This document shows positions 1 through 11,018 of a DNA stretch of 64,000 bases, one piece after another. The DNA comes from Escherichia coli (GTDB lineage Bacteria; Pseudomonadota; Gammaproteobacteria; Enterobacterales; Enterobacteriaceae): assembly GCF_003790525.1 (NCBI RefSeq), contig NZ_CP033635.1. One strand, 5' to 3'. The translations under genes were made by a program, and so were the position numbers. Numbering within the stretch: position 1 is the first letter of the stretch; each line of letters opens with the position of its first letter. The notes beneath the pieces were generated by a model. That model was not told the DNA's origin, did no database searches, and was given only the letters and a program-made list of their open reading frames with translations.

Positions 1-22
1 AAATATAGGGTAAAAACTTCAT
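1..22 (-). CDS. evgS: sensor kinase EvgS, N-terminal fragment running off the window
   Basis: A minus-strand ATG at 22-20 lies 4 nt after the evgA stop. It reads MKFLPYI, the EvgS N-terminus as I recall it. Synteny with evgA supports the call. Confidence 0.6.
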
Positions 23-26
23 GTGG

Positions 27-641
27 TTAGCCGATTTTGTTACGTTGTGCGAATGTGTAAAGATCCATCAGTGATTTGCATTCTAATTTTTCCATCAAGC
101 GACTTTTATACGTGCTGACAGTTTTGTTGCTGATGAACATTTTTTCAGCAATGTCATTATTATCCTTGCCATCAAGAATATACCGCATGACACTAATTTC
201 TTGTTTCGATAAGGAGTCGAGTTTTTGCTGGTCGGACGTTAAACTTCCAACAAACCGGTTGAGAGAGAAGGGGAAATAGCAGTAGCCATTTTTTGCAGCT
301 TCAATAGCCGCAATGATATTGTTCATGCCTTCTTTTTTACTCACGAAACCATTAGCGCCAGCATCAGCACAATGTTTCCCGTAAAAATGGTCATTTTTAG
401 CGGAGACAATAATAATAATTCCGCTATATTGGCGCTTTCTCAGCGTTTCTAACACCTGGATACCGTTAACTCCGGGGATATCGACATCAATGATGACGAT
501 ATCAGGCTTAAGTGTTTCCACCCGCTGAACGGCACTTCCGCCTTCAGTCAACTCTGCTAAGATTTCAATATCGTTTTTGATCAATAAATTACGAATTGCT
601 GCGATAGCAAGAGGATGGTCATCAATAATTATTGCGTTCAT
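27..641 (-). CDS. evgA: response regulator EvgA (receiver domain plus LuxR-type HTH)
   Basis: The 204-aa ORF begins MNAIIIDDHPLAIAAIRNLL and has a C-terminal LuxR HTH. It is divergent from emrK, as in K-12. Confidence 0.95.
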   Translation of the reverse strand: MNAIIIDDHPLAIAAIRNLLIKNDIEILAELTEGGSAVQRVETLKPDIVIIDVDIPGVNGIQVLETLRKRQYSGIIIIVSAKNDHFYGKHCADAGANGFVSKKEGMNNIIAAIEAAKNGYCYFPFSLNRFVGSLTSDQQKLDSLSKQEISVMRYILDGKDNNDIAEKMFISNKTVSTYKSRLMEKLECKSLMDLYTFAQRNKIG

Positions 642-865
642 AGATTATTCCCTTTGCAATGAAGCATCTCCCTTCTCCCTGTAGTAATACAGACATAAGG
701 CATCATCTCATTTTCTCAATAAAAATAAGAAAATTTGAGCTTCCTTTAAGATAATTCGACAAGTATACCATATAAATAGTCGGCATATATGAAATGTCAA
801 CAATAAAATCAGGGATTGTACCGATGATTTATAGTTTCACATTAGCACTATAAGTCTTCTCACTA

Positions 866-883
866 ATCCTACAGGCGTAAGAA
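866..883. promoter_or_regulatory. candidate EvgA box (18-bp imperfect inverted repeat) in the evgA-emrK intergenic region
   Basis: The reverse complement reads TTCTTACGCCTGTAGGAT. Both half-sites match the recalled EvgA consensus TTCYTACA at 7 of 8 positions. Confidence 0.45.
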
Positions 884-1056
884 TTGTATTGCAAAAGCCA
901 CGGTTTAGTCCTCTGTTGTTTTTTTTGCACCTCATTTAAATTAGGCCTCCAACGTTCCTGGGATAATGTGCAACACATGCACTGTGTTTGATATGAAGAA
1001 TGAATACTCTTTTCATTCAATTCATAAATTTCATCTATGCGAAATGAGAGATAAAA

Positions 1057-2220
1057 GTGGAACAGATTAATTCAAATAAAAAACATTCTGACAGAAAAAA
1101 ATATTTTGCTTTGTTAGCGGTAGTTTTATTTATTGCGTTTTCAGGTGCCTATGCCTATTGGTCAATGGAATTAGAAGACATGATTAGTACAGATGACGCC
1201 TATGTCACGGGAAATGCAGATCCAATTTCTGCACAAGTTTCAGGCAGCGTCACTGTCGTTAATCATAAAGATACGAACTACGTTCGACAGGGTGACATTT
1301 TAGTCTCACTGGATAAGACTGATGCCACTATCGCACTCAATAAAGCTAAAAATAATCTGGCCAATATTGTTCGGCAAACGAATAAACTGTACTTACAGGA
1401 TAAACAATACAGTGCCGAAGTCGCTTCAGCTCGTATTCAGTATCAACAATCTTTAGAAGATTATAACCGTCGTGTACCTTTAGCGAAGCAGGGGGTTATT
1501 TCAAAAGAAACGCTGGAGCATACCAAAGATACGTTAATAAGTAGCAAAGCGGCATTGAATGCTGCTATTCAGGCTTATAAAGCGAATAAAGCTTTAGTAA
1601 TGAACACACCATTAAACCGTCAGCCACAAGTCGTTGAAGCGGCGGATGCAACCAAAGAAGCCTGGTTGGCGCTTAAACGTACGGATATTAAGAGTCCGGT
1701 TACCGGCTATATTGCCCAGCGAAGTGTTCAGGTCGGCGAAACAGTGAGTCCCGGACAATCGTTAATGGCTGTCGTACCGGCACGTCAAATGTGGGTTAAT
1801 GCCAACTTTAAAGAAACACAACTCACGGATGTGCGGATTGGTCAATCGGTCAATATTATTAGCGATCTTTATGGTGAAAATGTTGTGTTTCATGGTCGGG
1901 TGACAGGGATCAATATGGGAACCGGCAATGCGTTCTCCTTATTACCTGCACAAAATGCGACAGGGAATTGGATCAAAATCGTTCAGCGTGTACCGGTTGA
2001 GGTTTCTCTTGATCCAAAAGAACTCATGGAACATCCCTTGCGCATTGGTTTATCGATGACTGCAACTATTGATACCAGGAACGAAGACATTGCCGATATG
2101 CCCGATCTGGCTTCAACCGTGACGTCCATGCCTGCTTATACCAGTAAGGCTTTAATTATCGATACCAGTCCGATAGAAAAAGAAATTAGCAACATTATTT
2201 CGCATAATGGACAACTTTAA
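1057..2220 (+). CDS. emrK: multidrug efflux membrane-fusion protein EmrK
   Basis: The 387-aa ORF begins MEQINSNKKHS, belongs to the HlyD/EmrA family, and its stop overlaps the emrY start. Confidence 0.95.
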   Translation: MEQINSNKKHSDRKKYFALLAVVLFIAFSGAYAYWSMELEDMISTDDAYVTGNADPISAQVSGSVTVVNHKDTNYVRQGDILVSLDKTDATIALNKAKNNLANIVRQTNKLYLQDKQYSAEVASARIQYQQSLEDYNRRVPLAKQGVISKETLEHTKDTLISSKAALNAAIQAYKANKALVMNTPLNRQPQVVEAADATKEAWLALKRTDIKSPVTGYIAQRSVQVGETVSPGQSLMAVVPARQMWVNANFKETQLTDVRIGQSVNIISDLYGENVVFHGRVTGINMGTGNAFSLLPAQNATGNWIKIVQRVPVEVSLDPKELMEHPLRIGLSMTATIDTRNEDIADMPDLASTVTSMPAYTSKALIIDTSPIEKEISNIISHNGQL

Positions 2221-3758
2221 TGGCAATCACTAAATCAACTCCGGCACCATTAACCGGTGGGACGTTATGGTGCGTTACTATTGCATTGTCATTAGCGACG
2301 TTTATGCAAATGTTGGATTCCACTATTTCTAACGTCGCAATACCGACAATATCTGGCTTTCTGGGAGCATCAACAGACGAAGGCACCTGGGTTATCACTT
2401 CGTTTGGCGTAGCAAATGCCATTGCGATCCCTGTTACCGGCAGGCTGGCACAAAGAATAGGCGAATTAAGGTTATTTTTACTTTCAGTCACTTTTTTTTC
2501 GCTGTCTTCCTTAATGTGTAGTTTATCGACCAATCTTGATGTGCTGATATTTTTTAGAGTCGTTCAGGGATTAATGGCGGGGCCGTTAATTCCACTGTCA
2601 CAGAGTTTATTATTAAGGAATTATCCACCAGAAAAAAGAACATTTGCTCTGGCATTATGGTCTATGACCGTGATTATCGCGCCGATATGTGGGCCGATAT
2701 TGGGCGGTTATATTTGTGATAACTTTAGCTGGGGTTGGATATTTTTAATCAATGTCCCTATGGGGATTATCGTCCTGACATTATGCTTAACCTTACTTAA
2801 AGGAAGAGAAACCGAGACTTCACCGGTCAAAATGAATCTACCAGGACTGACCCTGTTAGTGCTCGGTGTTGGTGGCTTGCAAATTATGCTTGATAAAGGG
2901 CGCGATCTGGATTGGTTCAACTCGAGTACAATAATAATACTAACAGTAGTATCAGTTATTTCTCTGATCTCTTTAGTCATTTGGGAGTCGACCTCAGAGA
3001 ACCCGATTCTTGATCTCAGTTTGTTTAAGTCCCGTAATTTCACCATTGGTATTGTGAGTATCACATGCGCGTATTTATTTTACTCTGGAGCGATCGTCCT
3101 TATGCCGCAGTTACTCCAGGAAACGATGGGGTATAATGCGATATGGGCCGGGCTTGCTTATGCGCCCATCGGTATCATGCCGCTATTAATATCACCTTTG
3201 ATAGGACGTTATGGCAACAAAATAGATATGCGGTTGTTGGTGACATTTAGTTTTTTGATGTATGCGGTTTGCTATTACTGGCGTTCTGTGACATTTATGC
3301 CAACGATTGATTTTACAGGCATCATTTTGCCACAGTTTTTTCAGGGATTCGCCGTTGCCTGTTTCTTTTTACCCTTAACAACGATTTCGTTTTCAGGCTT
3401 GCCAGATAATAAATTTGCCAATGCCTCGAGTATGAGTAATTTTTTTCGCACCTTGTCAGGATCAGTTGGTACGTCGTTGACAATGACGCTGTGGGGACGC
3501 CGAGAATCATTACACCATAGTCAGTTGACAGCAACCATCGATCAATTTAACCCCGTGTTTAATTCATCGTCACAAATTATGGATAAATACTATGGTTCGC
3601 TTTCAGGAGTTCTTAATGAAATTAATAATGAAATAACCCAGCAGTCACTTTCTATTTCTGCAAATGAGATTTTCCGTATGGCGGCTATTGCTTTTATCTT
3701 ACTTACGGTTTTGGTTTGGTTTGCGAAACCGCCGTTTACAGCGAAAGGCGTTGGGTGA
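2220..3758 (+). CDS. emrY: MFS multidrug efflux pump EmrY (EmrB family, 14 TMS)
   Basis: The 512-aa hydrophobic ORF is translationally coupled to emrK (ATG overlaps the TAA). Confidence 0.95.
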   Translation: MAITKSTPAPLTGGTLWCVTIALSLATFMQMLDSTISNVAIPTISGFLGASTDEGTWVITSFGVANAIAIPVTGRLAQRIGELRLFLLSVTFFSLSSLMCSLSTNLDVLIFFRVVQGLMAGPLIPLSQSLLLRNYPPEKRTFALALWSMTVIIAPICGPILGGYICDNFSWGWIFLINVPMGIIVLTLCLTLLKGRETETSPVKMNLPGLTLLVLGVGGLQIMLDKGRDLDWFNSSTIIILTVVSVISLISLVIWESTSENPILDLSLFKSRNFTIGIVSITCAYLFYSGAIVLMPQLLQETMGYNAIWAGLAYAPIGIMPLLISPLIGRYGNKIDMRLLVTFSFLMYAVCYYWRSVTFMPTIDFTGIILPQFFQGFAVACFFLPLTTISFSGLPDNKFANASSMSNFFRTLSGSVGTSLTMTLWGRRESLHHSQLTATIDQFNPVFNSSSQIMDKYYGSLSGVLNEINNEITQQSLSISANEIFRMAAIAFILLTVLVWFAKPPFTAKGVG

Positions 3759-3862
3759 TGGTAAAAGCAAGGGGTTATAGCGGGTAAGACCGGGGATCTT
3801 AAGTCTGCGCCATCGGCAGCATCGCTCACCCAGGGAAAGGATGGCGATGCTGCGTTGAAACG

Positions 3863-5194
3863 TTATGAACGGCCTTTTGCCAGATATTGCTCCATCTCTT
3901 CTTCCGGCACCATTCCACCTCCCGTCGCCCACACCAGATGAGTGGCATTATGCAGTTGTTCTGCGCTGAAACCGTGCATCTGTTGGTAACTTACTGATGC
4001 GCACACGCGCTGAGGCCCAGCCATACCCGCCAGTGCCGAAGGTTCAAGACGAATACCTTCTTCCTGCGCCAGCCAGCCAAGCATGTCATACATGGTTTGA
4101 TCGCTAAGGGTATAGAAGCCATCCAGCAGACGCTCCATCGCCCGCCCGACAAAGCCTGATGCGCGACCAACTGCAAGGCCATCCGCTGCGGTAAGGTTGT
4201 CGATACCAATATCCTGAACAGAAATCTGATCGTGTAATCCTGTATGGACGCCTAACAACATACAAGGGGAGTGCGTTGGTTCGGCAAAAAAGCAGTGAAC
4301 ATGATCGCCAAACGCCAGTTTAAGTCCGAATGCGACGCCACCAGGACCACCACCAACACCACACGGCAGATAGACAAACAGAGGGTTATCAGCATCGACG
4401 ATACGACCTTGCTGGGCAAATTGCGCTTTAAGACGCTGGCCAGCGACGGAATACCCAAGGAACAACGTGCGGGAATTCTCGTCATCAATAAAGAAACAGT
4501 TCGGGTCAGACTGCGCTGCTTTACGTCCTTCCTCGACAGCAACACCATAATCTTGCTCATATTCCACGACTGTAACGCCATGGCTGCGCAGTTTCGCTTT
4601 TTTCCACGTCCGGGCATCAGCAGACATATGCACTGTCACCTTAAAGCCAATGCGGGCGCTCATTATGCCGATTGATAACCCCAGATTTCCGGTTGAGCCC
4701 ACAGCAATGCTGTATTGACTAAAGAACTGTTTAAACTCCGGGGAAAGCAGTTTGCTGTAGTCATCTTCAAGCGTCAGCAACCCCGCTTCCAGAGCCAGTT
4801 TTTCTGCATGTGCCAGGACTTCATAAATCCCGCCGCGTGCTTTTATGGAGCCGGAAATGGGCAAATGGCTATCTTTTTTCAGTAGCAGTTGCCCGCTGAT
4901 CGGTTGTTGATATTCCTTTTCCAGCCGTTTTTGCATAGCCGGAATGGCAACCAGTTCTGATTCAATAATCCCCCCAGTAGCAGCAGTTTCAGGAAATGCT
5001 TTTGCCAGATAGGGTGCAAAACGGGATAAGCGCGCATGGGCGTCCTGAACATCCTGTTCGGTCAGGCCAACATAAGGTAAACCTTCAGCCAATGAGGTCG
5101 TGCCAGGATTAAACCAGGTGGTTTCTTGAAGAGCAACCAGATCCTCTACCAACGGATACTGGGCGATGAGCGAATTCATTTTAGCGTTTTCCAT
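3863..5194 (-). CDS. dsdA: D-serine ammonia-lyase (dehydratase)
   Basis: The 443-aa ORF begins [16 protein letters not shown] and contains the PLP motif SGSIKARGG. Confidence 0.95.
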   Translation of the reverse strand: MENAKMNSLIAQYPLVEDLVALQETTWFNPGTTSLAEGLPYVGLTEQDVQDAHARLSRFAPYLAKAFPETAATGGIIESELVAIPAMQKRLEKEYQQPISGQLLLKKDSHLPISGSIKARGGIYEVLAHAEKLALEAGLLTLEDDYSKLLSPEFKQFFSQYSIAVGSTGNLGLSIGIMSARIGFKVTVHMSADARTWKKAKLRSHGVTVVEYEQDYGVAVEEGRKAAQSDPNCFFIDDENSRTLFLGYSVAGQRLKAQFAQQGRIVDADNPLFVYLPCGVGGGPGGVAFGLKLAFGDHVHCFFAEPTHSPCMLLGVHTGLHDQISVQDIGIDNLTAADGLAVGRASGFVGRAMERLLDGFYTLSDQTMYDMLGWLAQEEGIRLEPSALAGMAGPQRVCASVSYQQMHGFSAEQLHNATHLVWATGGGMVPEEEMEQYLAKGRS

Positions 5195-5211
5195 AGTACG
5201 TCTCTTTGCGC

Positions 5212-6549
5212 TTAGATGATAAATGACAGCAGGAATGTGCCCGCCAGAGCGACGACCGAAGCGATAAATGTCGCGGTCGTATAGTATTTAAATGTTTCAT
5301 TGAGCGTAGCGCCGCAATATTGCTTCACCAGCCAGAAAAGCGAGTCCGTAACGATCGTGCAGCCAATCGCACCTGAACCGATAGCAATCGCAATAATTTC
5401 CGGGCTGATGTCGGGATACAGCGGCAGCATGGGTGCAACAATTGCCGTTGCCCCCATCATTGCCACCGTAGCGGAGCCCACTGCAGCATGCAGAATAAGT
5501 GCCACCAACCAGGCCAGAAGAATCGGGTGCATATGCATATTGGAGAGAATAACTGCCAGCGTATCAGCGAGACTGCTGCTTTTTAAAATGGCGTTGAATG
5601 CGCCTCCGGCCCCGATAATCAGCAAAATATTAGCAATAGAACCGAAGCCATTTTCCGTATGTGTGAGCATTGTCCCCATGCTCATATGCTGGCGTATACC
5701 CAACACATAATAGGCGACAAACACGGCGATAAACATGGCAGTAATAGGGTTGCCAATAAACTCAAGCAAGGTATACAAACCACTCTCACGCGCCATATTC
5801 AATTCGGCAATCGTTTTAACCAACATCAGCGCAATGGGTAGCAGTATGGTGAATAACGTTGCGCCTAATGACGGTAGTGTTTTTTCATCGCGAACTTTGA
5901 GATCGGCAAACTCTGTGGGTACAGGTTTAAAGGGCAGTCGTTGACCCAGAAATTTAAGGAAAAGTGGGCCACCGATCAGTGATGCCATCAGCCCAACCAG
6001 CAAACCGTAGACGATCACCGAACCGATATCTGCGCCCAGCTTATTGGCAACATATAAAGCAGCCGGATGTGGGGGAACCACGCAGTGCACTGCCATCAAT
6101 GCGGTACATAGCGGAATGGCCAGCTTTAACAATGAGGTATTGGTTTTTTTGGCAATTGAAAAAGCCAGAGGAATCAATAGCACGACGCCCACTTCAACAA
6201 ATAGCGTGATGCCGCAAATCAGGCCAACCAGCACCATAATGACATCAGCTGAAAGCCAGCGACAGCGTTGAAGTGTCAGACCAATTCTTTCTGCGGCCCC
6301 GGATACTTCCATCATTTTTCCCAGTATCGTGCCCAGGCCGATAACCGCAGCAAGGAACCCCAGCGTTCCGCCAATTCCACTTTCAATAGCATTTACCATA
6401 TCCAGTGGTCCCATACCCATCATCGTTCCCACGAAGAAGCTGGCCAGCAACAGCGCCAGAAACGGGTGGAATTTGAACTTCACGATGGTCAGTACAATTA
6501 ACACGATGCTGATAAGCAGCGTGCTCACAACCCAGATTTGAGAGTGCAT
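5212..6549 (-). CDS. dsdX: D-serine transporter (GntP family)
   Basis: The 445-aa polytopic membrane ORF lies immediately upstream of dsdA on the same strand. Confidence 0.93.
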   Translation of the reverse strand: MHSQIWVVSTLLISIVLIVLTIVKFKFHPFLALLLASFFVGTMMGMGPLDMVNAIESGIGGTLGFLAAVIGLGTILGKMMEVSGAAERIGLTLQRCRWLSADVIMVLVGLICGITLFVEVGVVLLIPLAFSIAKKTNTSLLKLAIPLCTALMAVHCVVPPHPAALYVANKLGADIGSVIVYGLLVGLMASLIGGPLFLKFLGQRLPFKPVPTEFADLKVRDEKTLPSLGATLFTILLPIALMLVKTIAELNMARESGLYTLLEFIGNPITAMFIAVFVAYYVLGIRQHMSMGTMLTHTENGFGSIANILLIIGAGGAFNAILKSSSLADTLAVILSNMHMHPILLAWLVALILHAAVGSATVAMMGATAIVAPMLPLYPDISPEIIAIAIGSGAIGCTIVTDSLFWLVKQYCGATLNETFKYYTTATFIASVVALAGTFLLSFII

Positions 6550-6766
6550 ATCTCACCTTCCCCTGTGATTAACCTGATGATATTGGACAAAAAAACAACG
6601 CAGGCTGACAAACGATAAAATTTGCCTTTCACATGAGCTAAATTGCATCAAGGGAGTGATTTACATCTAAAAATGAAGGTGAATTGAGATATGGTTCACT
6701 TTAGCTCACCTTACAGCTGAAATTTTGCCGCTATTTTTTTACACTTAAGAGAAAAATGAGGTGATT

Positions 6767-7714
6767 ATGGAACCCCTTCGTGAAATAAGAAATCGACTGC
6801 TTAACGGCTGGCAACTATCAAAACTGCATACTTTTGAAGTGGCTGCCAGGCATCAGTCCTTCGCCCTTGCGGCAGAGGAATTGTCGCTGAGCCCCAGTGC
6901 GGTAAGTCACCGTATCAATCAGCTGGAAGAAGAATTAGGTATTCAGTTGTTTGTTCGTTCCCATCGCAAAGTGGAATTAACGCACGAGGGGAAACGCGTT
7001 TATTGGGCGCTAAAATCGTCGCTGGATACCCTGAACCAGGAAATTCTTGATATCAAAAATCAGGAATTATCGGGAACGTTAACGCTGTATTCCCGGCCCT
7101 CTATCGCCCAATGCTGGTTGGTGCCCGCATTAGGTGACTTTACACGCCGATATCCGTCTATTTCGCTCACCGTGCTCACTGGTAATGACAATGTCAATTT
7201 GCAACGTGCCGGAATCGATTTGGCGATCTACTTTGATGATGCGCCGTCAGCGCAATTGGCTCATCACTTTCTGATGGATGAAGAAATCTTGCCTGTATGT
7301 AGCCCGGAATACGCTCAAAGACATGCTTTAACCAACCAGGTAATTAACCTGCGCCACTGTACGTTGCTCCATGACAGACAGGCATGGAGCAACGACTCCG
7401 GTACGGATGAATGGCATAGTTGGGCGCAACATTATGCGGTTAATTTGCCGACATCTTCTGGGATTGGCTTTGATCGTTCTGATTTAGCTGTTATCGCTGC
7501 GATGAATCATATTGGGGTAGCGATGGGAAGAAAACGCCTGGTACAAAAAAGGCTTGCCAGTGGTGAGCTCGTCGCGCCGTTTGGCGATATGACGGTGAAA
7601 TGCCATCAGCATTATTACATCACCACATTACCGGGCAGGCAGTGGCCAAAAATTGAGGCATTTATTACTTGGTTAAGAGAACAGGTAAGTCAATATGAAT
7701 GTTATACCTTATAA
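6767..7714 (+). CDS. dsdC: LysR-type activator of dsdXA
   Basis: The ORF opens at 6761, but MEPLREIRNRLLNGWQLSK at 6767 matches the recalled DsdC start. It has a LysR HTH and is divergent from dsdX. Confidence 0.9.
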   Translation: MEPLREIRNRLLNGWQLSKLHTFEVAARHQSFALAAEELSLSPSAVSHRINQLEEELGIQLFVRSHRKVELTHEGKRVYWALKSSLDTLNQEILDIKNQELSGTLTLYSRPSIAQCWLVPALGDFTRRYPSISLTVLTGNDNVNLQRAGIDLAIYFDDAPSAQLAHHFLMDEEILPVCSPEYAQRHALTNQVINLRHCTLLHDRQAWSNDSGTDEWHSWAQHYAVNLPTSSGIGFDRSDLAVIAAMNHIGVAMGRKRLVQKRLASGELVAPFGDMTVKCHQHYYITTLPGRQWPKIEAFITWLREQVSQYECYTL

Positions 7715-8071
7715 TACATTAAATCATCTGGTTCCTAAATAACCTTATTATGCACTGTAAGTGTATGTTGGCTTTATAAATTGCAATTTTTATATGGGAA
7801 TTGTTTTGTCAATAGTTACGAAAAGGATAAATAAAATAACCACATCTTCTTGGCGTCGAATATTGGAGAGCGATAATTTATAGTAAACTAGATTACCAGA
7901 GAAAAGATAAGTGGCAATATATTTGCTGGTGGCATTTTTATTAAATATTATATGTGTTGGTTTGTGACTTTAAAAAAATTAATTTTTAATAAAAAGGTGA
8001 TTTATTTCTCATTTTGATTAATATTGAGGATCCATTATGATTATCAGTTGTATGTCATAAAAATGAGAGGC

Positions 8072-8095
8072 TAAAAGCCTCAATGAATTGAGGCC
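8072..8095 (-). terminator. rho-independent terminator downstream of the ipuB-like gene
   Basis: On the minus strand, the hairpin gcctca-attcat-tgaggc is followed by a TTTT run, 14 nt past the stop. Confidence 0.55.
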
Positions 8096-8108
8096 TTTAG
8101 AACAGGGG

Positions 8109-8678
8109 TTATATCTTCTTTATATCTAACACATCACCCTCCCATACTCGTTTAAATCTTGCTGCATTACTGGCTGTATATAATACCGTATGATGTATAT
8201 TTCTGTGCCCTAAATAATCTTGTATTAGTCTGGTGTCTAACCCTTGATTAGCTAAAGCATACCCACAACCATGCCTAAGCATGTGAGGATGAATATTAAT
8301 ATTCATATTGTGACTATATTTCTTACACATCTTATACACATATTGTCTCGAGATTTTATTTCCTTGACAAGAAAGAAATAAAGAGTCTTCAAAAGGTTTT
8401 TTTACTATGTTATCACGTAGTGCTAGCCATTTTTTTAATAACAGAACAGTTTCTTTTTGCAGGGGATGTACTGTGGATAATCCATTTTTTAAACGCTTGA
8501 TATATATTGCTGACTCTGAAAAGTCAATGTCGCTAATCTTTAGTGCAATAAGCTCGCTTACCCTAAGACCATGTACATATGCCATTTGTAACATGGCTTT
8601 ATCTCTAATTTCATTTTTTGAACCGTTGATGGCTTCAAAAAATAACAACCATTCACTATGAGTAATAAATTTGCGCAT
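8109..8678 (-). CDS. ipuB: FimB/FimE-family tyrosine recombinase (phase-switch recombinase)
   Basis: The 189-aa ORF has the motifs HGLRVSEL, HPHMLRH and GHRNIHHTVLYT, typical of fimbrial switch recombinases. It lies in a low-GC island next to dsdC, like the CFT073 ipu locus. The symbol is assigned by position only. Confidence 0.7.
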   Translation of the reverse strand: MRKFITHSEWLLFFEAINGSKNEIRDKAMLQMAYVHGLRVSELIALKISDIDFSESAIYIKRLKNGLSTVHPLQKETVLLLKKWLALRDNIVKKPFEDSLFLSCQGNKISRQYVYKMCKKYSHNMNINIHPHMLRHGCGYALANQGLDTRLIQDYLGHRNIHHTVLYTASNAARFKRVWEGDVLDIKKI

Positions 8679-9426
8679 AATATTATCGGTTATACTAATT
8701 AAGTTAAAAAATAAACTATAAATACCAGAGCCTGGTATTATTGCTTGTTTTTTATAAGCAAATAATGAGCTGGGGTTTAAATTATGCCACTAAATGGATA
8801 TTCATCAATACCCCGCCAGAGAGATAGTTGCCCAGCGGGCATAGATCATTATTAGTCAACCAATGAGCATAAATAAGCACAAGGAGGTGTGTATTGCGAA
8901 TAGTAATTCAATGACATGCTGGTGGTTTTTTTGTGGTGAAAATATTTGTACCTTTTTGTTTACGGATGAAAAATAAACAGTCATATTATTTTGGTTAATT
9001 GTTGTGTTAGTTTTAACACTCGGTGATGTTTTTTGTTATAGTGCATTAATTTTTAAATAAAAAAATTCATACATTCATGGATGTAATATATACAAGATAC
9101 AATGTTAATTTTAGATAAAATATTAATTGCATTGGATACTTTTTAAATATGCCGATGTTGAGCTTAATTTTATGAGGGAATACTATTTCGGGTTGTAGGA
9201 CTTTTTTATAATCATCTTATAGGGCTCTTTATATTTACAGGAGGGTTTTGAACGATAGTTACATAACGAAGGTTGTTTATATGCGTTTACAAGCGATTAA
9301 TTAGATTAGGTGAATTTTAATAAATTAATCTATAATCATACAGCAACTATATGAATTATATTATTGACTAAATGTAATTCTTTCATCATAGTTGACATGG
9401 TTATTTTATATAAATAGAGGTGATTT

Positions 9427-10056
9427 ATGCAAAACAGAAAATTTTTAACGCATCATGAAATTAATTTACTACTTCAATCTGTAAGACAAAAGAGTTGCTC
9501 TTCACGCGATGTTTGCATGATTTTATTGGCTTATTTTCATGGTCTGCGTGTTAGTGAGCTCTTATCTCTGCAGTTGTCGGATTTAGAACTAACTACAGAA
9601 AAAATATATATTCAACGGATAAAAAATGGATTCAGTACAGTCCATCCACTTCAAAAGGAAGAGGTGATTGCAATAACAAACTGGCTGAATGAAAGGAATT
9701 CATTAAATGTTAAACATTTCAATGATAACCCGTGGTTATTTGTTTCCCGAACAGGAAAACCATTATCGAGACAACGATTTTATAACATAGTTTCTGCTGC
9801 GGGTAAAAATGCAGGTTTAAATATTAAAGTTCATCCACATATGTTACGCCATGCATGTGGTTATTCACTAGCAGATAATGGTGTGGATACCCGTCTTATT
9901 CAGGACTATCTCGGGCATCGTAATATCAGGCATACGGTAATTTATACTGCTTCTAATTCAATGAGATTTGAAAAAATGTGGGGGAGAGGTGACGCAAAAA
10001 AGCAACATTTTGACCCAAAATGTAAACCCAATCTTTGTTTAGAAATTCTCGTATAG
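9427..10056 (+). CDS. ipuA: FimB/FimE-family tyrosine recombinase whose 3' end overlaps the left inverted repeat of the switch
   Basis: The 209-aa ORF has the same catalytic motifs (HGLRVSEL, HPHMLRHACG, GHRNIRHTVIYT). The 7-bp IRL at 10011-10017 lies inside its last 15 codons. Confidence 0.75.
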   Translation: MQNRKFLTHHEINLLLQSVRQKSCSSRDVCMILLAYFHGLRVSELLSLQLSDLELTTEKIYIQRIKNGFSTVHPLQKEEVIAITNWLNERNSLNVKHFNDNPWLFVSRTGKPLSRQRFYNIVSAAGKNAGLNIKVHPHMLRHACGYSLADNGVDTRLIQDYLGHRNIRHTVIYTASNSMRFEKMWGRGDAKKQHFDPKCKPNLCLEILV

Positions 10057-10285
10057 AAAAACATTTTTTTCTATAAAAAACATTAAATTTACTGATTTAG
10101 ATCAATGTGTGACGTCAATCTACACATAAAGAGGTAGGTTTGTCTTCTTTTTAATCTTTGGCGTATAAAGCCAAAATGTAAATAATAATCAAAATTATAT
10201 TCTGAATTAAAATAAATACGCAGGTTTTTTACCTGCGTTTTGTGCTATTTATAGTTAATTAAATTGATGTTGTCAAAATGGGTCA
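10011..10285. promoter_or_regulatory. ipuS: invertible DNA switch (ipuS-like): 261-bp segment flanked by 7-bp inverted repeats TGACCCA / TGGGTCA
   Basis: IRL is tgaccca at 10011-10017 and IRR is tgggtca at 10279-10285. Both are followed by (a/t)3-tgtaaacc. The element sits between a FimB-like recombinase gene and a LuxR regulator/autotransporter operon. Its size agrees with the ~260-bp element described in UPEC. Confidence 0.7.
10218..10242. terminator. symmetric (bidirectional-looking) hairpin terminator inside the invertible segment
   Basis: The hairpin acgcaggt-ttttt-acctgcgt has an A-rich run upstream and tttt downstream. Confidence 0.6.
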
Positions 10286-10373
10286 TTTTGTAAACCTGTG
10301 CCTCAAGGTTTGTCTCCCCCCGGTGTGCAAAGCAAAAGGAAATTGGGAAAGGGGATAACAGGAAATTGATTGC

Positions 10374-10994
10374 ATGGTTTTGATTACGACGACAAAAAAT
10401 ATTTTTATAATTCAAGCAATTAAGAGTATGCGTTGGCGGGGTTTTTCGTACGTGAAAGTCATCGCTGTGGACGACTATTCTTCTCTGATTCGTGATTTTG
10501 GCACATCTTGCTTTCGGGATGAGCAATCGTTGTTGTTACCTGTATTCCCTGATAATGATTCTACTACCTGTATACGCTCACTGTATTTCATTCACCAATG
10601 GCTAAAAAGCCAGCCTGTCAATATTCCGTGCCTGGCATGGGGGGATAATGGTGTAGTTAGTAATAAAGGCATACCTTCCATACCGTGGAAATTAACAGCA
10701 GAGCAATTTTGTTTCTATATAGATAAATTTATCAATGGCTGGAGGTGCAAAAAAAATATTCGCGCGAGTCATAAAGTTTCTTTTTTAGAACGACAATTAT
10801 CCCCGAGGGAGAAAAGTATCTTTATATATACCAAGGAAGGAAAAGATATTGCATGGATCTCTAACACCTTGGGTATATCCAGTAAGACTGTGTGGACGCA
10901 TCGTCGTAGAGCTATGGATAAACTCGGGGTAAAACGTTTACATCAATTTATAAATATTCCGCGTTCCCTTATTAGTGAAAATATTCAATTATAA
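10374..10994 (+). CDS. ipuR: LuxR-family transcriptional regulator (C-terminal HTH)
   Basis: The C-terminus LSPREKSIFIYTKEGKDIAWISNTLGISSKTVWTHRRRAMDKLGV is a LuxR/GerE HTH. The gene lies directly downstream of the switch and upstream of the autotransporter. The true start may be an internal Met. Confidence 0.75.
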   Translation: MVLITTTKNIFIIQAIKSMRWRGFSYVKVIAVDDYSSLIRDFGTSCFRDEQSLLLPVFPDNDSTTCIRSLYFIHQWLKSQPVNIPCLAWGDNGVVSNKGIPSIPWKLTAEQFCFYIDKFINGWRCKKNIRASHKVSFLERQLSPREKSIFIYTKEGKDIAWISNTLGISSKTVWTHRRRAMDKLGVKRLHQFINIPRSLISENIQL

Positions 10995-11018
10995 TGTACG
11001 TTCAAGAGTATTAGTGTT

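Noticed and set aside
10052-10075. The hairpin tatagaaaaa-ca-tttttttctata at the ipuA stop as the switch inverted repeat
   Set aside because: Both arms are adjacent, forming a local hairpin that is probably a terminator. They do not flank a segment. The TGACCCA/TGGGTCA pair fits the expected ~260-bp element.
10245-10526. The 93-aa minus-strand ORF spanning the switch boundary and the ipuR start
   Set aside because: It is antisense to the regulator gene and crosses the IRR. It shows no RBS and nothing recognisable.
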